Shown here one piece after another: positions 9,276 to 15,110 of a stretch of DNA of 25,439 nucleotides. Under the pieces are notes generated by a model. It saw nothing but the letters and a program-made list of their open reading frames with translations. It was not told the origin of the DNA and ran no database searches. A program made the translations under genes and the position numbers. The stretch covers positions 1 through 25,439 of the IMG/VR virus record IMGVR_UViG_3300017903_001570, one strand, 5' to 3'. Every line of letters begins with the position of its first letter. Position 1 is the stretch's first letter. The stretch is from a virus (taxonomy: Duplodnaviria > Caudoviricetes).

Positions 9276-10041
9276 GTCTTTCTATATCCTCTTCTATGCA
9301 CTCGCTACCCCATTGTATTTCTAATACGTGTGCATTTGTGTCTCCGGGATTACTTGCTTGATGCCAAACTTCCTTATCTATTTCATATGGCAAGGCATGT
9401 GGTATTAAATGAATCTCATCAACTCTTTCTTCCCATTCTGTTTTTATTTTTACAACGCCTTGAAGAATTGTCCATACTTCTGATCTTTTAAAATGTTTTT
9501 GGTCGCTCAAACTTTTTCCCGGGTAAATTACAAGTTCTTTTACTTTGTAACCTGCGTTTGGATTATCATCTAAAACTCGCCAATATCCCCATTGCCTTTC
9601 AGTCTTTTGTGTCTTCCATTCATCTAATATCCAACTACTAGAATTCATTTTGTTAGTGCCGCCAACACCAAAAGCGAATTCAACTTTCGATGTATCGCCG
9701 TATATTTTGTATTCTGGTGTAGTTGTATTTGTTCTGTCGCCGCCGTTGGCAAATACAATTTTAATATCGCCGTGTGTCGCTAATGTCTTATATATTGCAC
9801 CGCAAGCACTATCGTCGCTATCGTCAAAACTAATCACTTTGTCAACAACTGCAAGTTCTTGCATAACAGATACACGATCCACAAACTTCATAAATGGTCT
9901 GCCTTTTTTGCGTGTAAGCCAATCGTCTGAATTTAAACCTACGTGAAGTTCATCGCCTAGTTCTTTTGCTGCTTTAAAATATTCTATATGTCCAGGATGT
10001 AAGGGATCGAACCCACCTGTGACTAATACTATGGTTTTCAT
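9265..10041 (-). CDS. Bifunctional HIGH-family (RfaE/TagD-like) nucleotidyltransferase fused to a mannose-6-phosphate-isomerase type II-like cupin
   Basis: N-terminal TGGFDPLHPGH, GLNSD, FANGGDR, NSSS. C-terminal ERQWG, YKVKELVIYPGKSLS.QKH.KRSE.W, WHQ..N, LEIQWG...EEDIER. Confidence 0.85.
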   Translation of the reverse strand: MKTIVLVTGGFDPLHPGHIEYFKAAKELGDELHVGLNSDDWLTRKKGRPFMKFVDRVSVMQELAVVDKVISFDDSDDSACGAIYKTLATHGDIKIVFANGGDRTNTTTPEYKIYGDTSKVEFAFGVGGTNKMNSSSWILDEWKTQKTERQWGYWRVLDDNPNAGYKVKELVIYPGKSLSDQKHFKRSEVWTILQGVVKIKTEWEERVDEIHLIPHALPYEIDKEVWHQASNPGDTNAHVLEIQWGSECIEEDIERRED

Positions 10042-10046
10042 AGCAG

Positions 10047-10054
10047 TATTTATA
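10047..10054 (-). promoter_or_regulatory. T4-type late promoter TATAAATA heading the glycosylation operon
   Basis: Exact TATAAATA, followed by CTGCT and the ATG at 10041. Confidence 0.75.
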
Positions 10055-10087
10055 TGGGCAGTTAATTATGAAAAATATTATTGAGTG

Positions 10088-10546
10088 TTAGAGTGTAGCA
10101 TCATCTAAACCAGCAGTCCTAAGTTTTACTATGTTAGATAATTGCCATTGTTTAATGTCTAGTCCTTTGATTATTCCTAGCCATTTATTACGCAGTAGTG
10201 CGAATTCATTTATAATTTTTTCAAAATCTACAACATCGGCTTCGCCGTCTACGAATTTTTCAGCGTCTCTTGAACTTAATTGACGTTGATAATTTTCAAC
10301 ATATCTTCTAAAGTGTGATGCACGTAATCGGCGAAGTTCGATGTTTAAGTATTCTAATATTGCTTCAATTTCTTGAAGTTGTCCAAAACGGGTTTCAACA
10401 AGTGCTGGCATGATAGACGATGCCTTTTCAATACGACCGGAGATGTTAGTTTCTTTTTTTGCTTCAAGTAATTCTGCTTCATAGTATGCTATTGCCGCTG
10501 GAATATTAGCAACGTCTTTAGAAACTTTATCATACCAATTTGTCAT
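10088..10546 (-). CDS. uvsY: UvsY-like recombination mediator
   Basis: Helical ~152-aa protein downstream of uvsX, with AEKFVDGEADV and KGLDIKQWQLSNIVKLR..G typical of UvsY C-termini. Start moved to MTNWYD. Confidence 0.75.
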   Translation of the reverse strand: MTNWYDKVSKDVANIPAAIAYYEAELLEAKKETNISGRIEKASSIMPALVETRFGQLQEIEAILEYLNIELRRLRASHFRRYVENYQRQLSSRDAEKFVDGEADVVDFEKIINEFALLRNKWLGIIKGLDIKQWQLSNIVKLRTAGLDDATL

Positions 10547-10547
10547 A

Positions 10548-10775
10548 TTAATTCCAATCGTCCTCGTCATCAGTTATTTGTTGTTCGTCATCAAGCACGT
10601 ATTCAAGTGCAGTATCAAGGTATGTATCTATACCCATCATACCTTCTAGAGTTGATTCAGGAATATCGTAGTCTAGTAATGTGTTAACGTATTCCTGAGC
10701 AGCCTCTTGTTTGTCTTTTTCTGCAATCTTCTCGCTTAAGACGCTCCAAATATCTGCTATCATGTTTGCTTCCAT
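10548..10775 (-). CDS. Small acidic hypothetical protein (75 aa)
   Basis: Fills the gap between uvsX and uvsY, with a GGAG SD and an acidic tail DDEDDWN. Confidence 0.7.
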   Translation of the reverse strand: MEANMIADIWSVLSEKIAEKDKQEAAQEYVNTLLDYDIPESTLEGMMGIDTYLDTALEYVLDDEQQITDDEDDWN

Positions 10776-10778
10776 ATC

Positions 10779-11846
10779 TTACTCTCCGTTCACAGATTCA
10801 GTTGTCTCCTCAATAGTTTCTTCTTCTGCAATGTCTGGCTTGTTAGCAATATCCTTAATAATCATATCAAGTTTATCGCCAACCCATGCTTTTCTGTATT
10901 CCAGATGTGCTTCTCCGTTGAGGTCAGTGTATTTAAGTCTGTTACCTTCTTTCTTTAGTAAACCTTTTGCTTCAAACAAGTCAACCAATCCACTGTAAGG
11001 ATCCATGCCAGTTTCATACGGAATCTTAACTTGTACACTTTCAAACGGTTTGTTAAATCTTGTCTTCATAACTTTACAAGCCGCTCTAATTCCACGTACA
11101 TCAGTTACTTTATTGCCATCTTCGTCTTCTTTGAGTTTTAATTTACGCATTGCAACCACAATACTTGATGCATAGATAAAGCCTTGACCACCTGATATCT
11201 TATCATCTGGATCAAACATATCTTGCGATGCGTATGTATGATTAGTACAAACCATACCTACATTGTAACTACCTATCATATTTACAGTGTTACGTACAAG
11301 TGCTGTTAGTGCTTTAGGCTTACGACCCATGTCGCCTTTTAAATCACCTTTGTTAAACTGATCGACATCAGTTGGTGTTAGCAACATACCCAAACTGTCA
11401 ATTACAAATAACACTTTAGGACGTTCTTCGTCTGCCATATCTCTATATTCTTTCATGAATTCTGATACTGTCTTAGCAACATCATCAATCATGCTCATGT
11501 TTAACTTAAGAAGTTTTTCTTCACTTGTGTCAACACCTAATGCATGCAACCATGATTCATCAAGTGCGTTCTCAGAGTCAACAAGTACTACAAAGATGCC
11601 TTGTTCCTGTGCTGCTTTTACAATATTTGCAGAACAAAAATATGATTTACCTGAACCACTTTCTCCTGCGAATACGGTTACTTTACCTAGCGGCACACCT
11701 TTGTGGAAATCACCACTAATCAAATAGTTAAGAGCAAGGTTTCCTGTAGAAACCCAATCAGTAGGATCGTTAAATCCAATACCTAGTCCATCAATGCTCT
11801 TTGTTAGACTTTTTCTAAATTTAGTTATATCAAATGCTTTCGCCAT
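10779..11846 (-). CDS. uvsX: UvsX/RecA-family recombinase
   Basis: Walker A GESGSGKS, DSENALD, Walker B FVIDSLG, GDMGRKPK, SGGQGFIYASS, KTRFNKP. Confidence 0.95.
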   Translation of the reverse strand: MAKAFDITKFRKSLTKSIDGLGIGFNDPTDWVSTGNLALNYLISGDFHKGVPLGKVTVFAGESGSGKSYFCSANIVKAAQEQGIFVVLVDSENALDESWLHALGVDTSEEKLLKLNMSMIDDVAKTVSEFMKEYRDMADEERPKVLFVIDSLGMLLTPTDVDQFNKGDLKGDMGRKPKALTALVRNTVNMIGSYNVGMVCTNHTYASQDMFDPDDKISGGQGFIYASSIVVAMRKLKLKEDEDGNKVTDVRGIRAACKVMKTRFNKPFESVQVKIPYETGMDPYSGLVDLFEAKGLLKKEGNRLKYTDLNGEAHLEYRKAWVGDKLDMIIKDIANKPDIAEEETIEETTESVNGE

Positions 11847-11864
11847 AATTACCTTTCCTTTGTT

Positions 11865-11928
11865 AAAGAATGGGAGACCTCGCTGGATACCGGATGGAGG
11901 TTTTTGCCGGAACTCCCATAAACTCTTT
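11865..11928 (-). other. Structured intergenic element (nested stem-loop) between gp32 and uvsX
   Basis: Outer stem ATGGGAG/CTCCCAT (11870-11876 with 11913-11919) encloses inner stem ACCTC/GAGGT. It is GC-rich against an AT-rich background. Confidence 0.6.
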
Positions 11929-12919
11929 ACTGTTGTCTATTACGGATCATCGCTAAAATGTCCTGAGCTCTGTTTGAGCTATCGCCACCTTCTGCAGGAG
12001 CCGCTTCAGCCGCTGGTGCTGGAGTTGCTTCTGGAGCAGGAGCAGTAGTTGCTGCCGGAGCAGTCTCTGCTTTTGCTGGTGCCGCTGGAGCACTTTTAGA
12101 TTTGTTTGGATCACCAGTTGCTTGACTCATGCCTGCTGGACGGAAGTATTGTCCCCATCTGTCCATATCATATGCTTCGCCATCTACTGATGCTTCAAAC
12201 ATTTCTTTCATTACTTTGAGTTCAACTTCACCTGGCTTCTTAGGAAGGAAGTCATTCAAGTTAAACAATCCGTGTGAGTCAACTGCTGCTTTTTCCTCAT
12301 CACTCAAAGCACGTTCTCTGCGTGACCATTGTGATGTTGAGTAGTCAGCATATCCGCCTTTAGAAGTTTTCTTAATTCTAAAGTCCACGCCACGCATATA
12401 ATCTGTTGGCAACTCTTCCAATTCAGGATCCATTAATGCACCCTTGATAATTTGGAAAATTTGTGGACCAATTATAAAACGTCTAATTGGATTTTCTGGA
12501 GTAGAATCTTCACCAATTGGATCTTCGTTAACAAAGCCTTGGAAAATGTATGAACGCTTTTTCCAATACTTACGACCCATGTCTTCTAAACTTTTGTCTT
12601 TGAACCATGGACGTACTTCACTTAGGATTGGACAAGTAGTACCGTCATTGTACATTTCAACACATGGAACTTGTACAATTACGTTACGATTGTCTGATTC
12701 GCCTTTAACACCTGCGAAAGGTAATTTGATCATCGCACGTTCTACCCAAAAGAATGTGTTGTCAGTGTTACCGTCTGGTAAGAATCTTACCACGGCTTCT
12801 TTGCCTTCTTGCATATTCCAATGTGGGTAAATTGCGTTGTCTCCGCCACCAGTAGAATTACCAGTTGAGCGATTTTGTTGTTCCGCTAGTTTTGCGCGGA
12901 TTTCTGCTAATGATGCCAT
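11927..12919 (-). CDS. gp32: gp32-like single-stranded DNA-binding protein
   Basis: Motifs: AVVRFLPD, CPIL, RKYWKKRSY, GPQIF, DF.IKK..KGGYADY..S.W. Ala/Pro-rich linker; strong AAGGAGG SD. Confidence 0.9.
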   Translation of the reverse strand: MASLAEIRAKLAEQQNRSTGNSTGGGDNAIYPHWNMQEGKEAVVRFLPDGNTDNTFFWVERAMIKLPFAGVKGESDNRNVIVQVPCVEMYNDGTTCPILSEVRPWFKDKSLEDMGRKYWKKRSYIFQGFVNEDPIGEDSTPENPIRRFIIGPQIFQIIKGALMDPELEELPTDYMRGVDFRIKKTSKGGYADYSTSQWSRRERALSDEEKAAVDSHGLFNLNDFLPKKPGEVELKVMKEMFEASVDGEAYDMDRWGQYFRPAGMSQATGDPNKSKSAPAAPAKAETAPAATTAPAPEATPAPAAEAAPAEGGDSSNRAQDILAMIRNRQQ

Positions 12920-12980
12920 TTTGTAGCCTCCTTATTTGCCTGTTTAAAAAAATGTCATTTATGCCTAATGCATATGTGTT

Positions 12981-13009
12981 ATTATATGCAATGTTATTTA
13001 TCTTGTCAA
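12981..13009 (-). promoter_or_regulatory. Perfect sigma70 promoter for gp32-uvsX-uvsY, with a late promoter-like element in its spacer
   Basis: TTGACA-N17-TATAAT on the minus strand; GATAAATA (12995-13002) lies inside the spacer. Confidence 0.85.
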
Positions 13010-13071
13010 GCAGTTTTTTAAATTTTTCTGATTTTATTAATCCAAACTCTACTTTCATTAAAATAACTCTT

Positions 13072-13079
13072 CATAAATA
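13072..13079 (+). promoter_or_regulatory. Late promoter-like element upstream of dnaE
   Basis: CATAAATA 33 nt upstream of the dnaE ATG. Confidence 0.45.
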
Positions 13080-13112
13080 TATAGCAATAGGCAAACAAGA
13101 GCGAGGCAGAAT

Positions 13113-14783
13113 ATGGAAACTAGATATAACGAATTAGAAATTCTCATCAGCAAATTTGTTAGGCAACTACCTGAAACACAAGATTACGCAGATAGGCTTG
13201 CAGAAGAATTAGAGATTATAGCCAAACTAGGATTCGCAAAACACTTTCTACGTGTTGTTGAAATACTAGACTTAACAAAAGATATCCCACATATTACAAG
13301 AGGATCGGCAGGCAGCAGTTTATTGTGTTGGCTGTTAGGCATTTCAGATGTTGATCCAATACAAGAACGCATACCATTATCACGTTTTATGAATCCAAAG
13401 CGTGATGACCTACCAGATATTGACTTAGACTTCCCACATTGGAAACAGGAAGAAGTTATGAACCGAATATTTAGAACATGGCCTGGTCAAAGTGCAAGGG
13501 TATCAAACTATGTTACATACAAAGAAAAGTCAGCAAAACGTGAAGCGGCAAAGCGTTTTGGTGCTGAAGGTAAACTTAAACGTAACTTTAAACTAGAAGA
13601 AGTAGTACCAGAATTTAAAGATGATGCAGAACGTCTAGCAAATAAACTTATTGGCAAGAAACGTTGCATATCTAAACACTGCGGAGGTGTTCTTATTTTT
13701 GATAGGAAAGTACCTAAGAGTTTGATAAACGGAGAAAATCAAATACTTCTTGACAAGTATGAAATTGAAGATTTAGAACACTTTAAGATTGATATACTTG
13801 CTAATAGAGGGCTATCGCAGTTATGGGAAATAACAGATAAACACCTTTTAGATTATCCTGAAGAAGATGAATTAACATCAGAACTATTATGTAGCGGAAA
13901 TGTGTTAGGAGTAACACAGGCAGAATCACCTGCTATGAAAAGACTATTTAGAGCAATTCAACCTAAGTCAAGAGCAGACTGTGTGTTAGGAACTGCATTA
14001 ATACGTCCTGTTGCTACACAAGGTAGACGAAAAGCAAGTTTCTTTCAAGATTGGAGCAAGGACGGATTTGAAGATACTATAGTATTTGAAGATGATGCTA
14101 TTGAACTTATATCTGAGATACTAGGTTGCAATCAATATGAAGCAGACATGTGGCGTAGAGCATTTGCCAAAAAGAACGAAGAAAAAATTTACGAATTCAT
14201 GCAACTTGTAGGAGATCATCCTAAGAAGAATGATGTATTTCTAGCACTACGTGAATTAAGTGGATTTGGATTATGTAGAGCACACGCAATTAACTTAGGT
14301 AGACTTATATGGGCTCTTGCATATGAAAAAGCACACAATGAAACAGCCTTTTGGAAAGCAGCACTAAAGCATTGCAAAGGATCATATGCCCGTTGGGTAT
14401 ACTATCAAGAAGCAAAACTTGCTGGGGCAGTTCCTGCAATTGGTGAAGGTGGTGAAGTACAAGACCTAATGCACTCTGGCAAATGGCGTAGTGAAAACTT
14501 TATTCCTGTATGCACAGAACAGCGTAAGCCAGGACAAGTAGAGTTCTGTGGACTTGTAGCAAACTACAGAGTATTCAAAAGTAAGCCAAAAGAATATATC
14601 ACTTTTGTTACGCTAGGCACAGGCAATGGTAAGTACTTAGATGTTGTTGTACCACACGCAATAAGTTTTCACGATCATCCTATTTTGTGGGGTTGGGGAA
14701 AACTTGGATACAAAGACAATTCAGAATACGTAACAGTTAAGAAGCACAAAAGATTAAAACTAGAGGAGATAGCACACATATGA
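13113..14783 (+). CDS. dnaE: Minimal family C DNA polymerase (DnaE/Pol III alpha-like) lacking the PHP domain
   Basis: Motifs: RGSAGSSL, DVDPI, RFMNPKR, PDIDLDF (two catalytic Asp), KHCGGV, KIDILA (third Asp), GVTQAES, ALIRP, EADMWRRA, GLCRAHA. C-terminal OB-fold-like GLVANYR...FVTL. Confidence 0.9.
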   Translation: METRYNELEILISKFVRQLPETQDYADRLAEELEIIAKLGFAKHFLRVVEILDLTKDIPHITRGSAGSSLLCWLLGISDVDPIQERIPLSRFMNPKRDDLPDIDLDFPHWKQEEVMNRIFRTWPGQSARVSNYVTYKEKSAKREAAKRFGAEGKLKRNFKLEEVVPEFKDDAERLANKLIGKKRCISKHCGGVLIFDRKVPKSLINGENQILLDKYEIEDLEHFKIDILANRGLSQLWEITDKHLLDYPEEDELTSELLCSGNVLGVTQAESPAMKRLFRAIQPKSRADCVLGTALIRPVATQGRRKASFFQDWSKDGFEDTIVFEDDAIELISEILGCNQYEADMWRRAFAKKNEEKIYEFMQLVGDHPKKNDVFLALRELSGFGLCRAHAINLGRLIWALAYEKAHNETAFWKAALKHCKGSYARWVYYQEAKLAGAVPAIGEGGEVQDLMHSGKWRSENFIPVCTEQRKPGQVEFCGLVANYRVFKSKPKEYITFVTLGTGNGKYLDVVVPHAISFHDHPILWGWGKLGYKDNSEYVTVKKHKRLKLEEIAHI

Positions 14784-15100
14784 GAGTACATGTATATCCA
14801 CACAAAGGGCCAAATACCACAGCACACATTGTAGGAGAAAAAAGTGGTTTGCTAAAGTTAGCAAAAACACTAGAGGCAGCAGCACGCGGTGCTGTAGGTA
14901 CAGAAACAGTAGAACTGTATTCGGGTGATGGACACAAGTATGAAGTATTAATTACTAAGGATGTTACAGAACAAGAATGGCAAGACCTTGATTTGCCAAG
15001 TGCTAAAAATGCTAATCCGGAAAAATTAGAAAGTATAAAAAGTTTTAGAGATTTGAAAGAAGAGTTAAGAAAAAGGCTAGAAACAACTGATTGCGTCTAG
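14780..15100 (+). CDS. Hypothetical protein (106 aa), translationally coupled to dnaE
   Basis: ATGA overlap with the dnaE stop and a GAGGAG SD. Confidence 0.75.
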   Translation: MRVHVYPHKGPNTTAHIVGEKSGLLKLAKTLEAAARGAVGTETVELYSGDGHKYEVLITKDVTEQEWQDLDLPSAKNANPEKLESIKSFRDLKEELRKRLETTDCV

Positions 15101-15110
15101 CCTTAAAGTA

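Noticed and set aside
11990-12095. Repetitive GC-rich GCT/GGA tract
   Set aside because: It is explained by the Ala/Pro-rich linker codons of gp32 and is not a CRISPR array or DNA repeat element.
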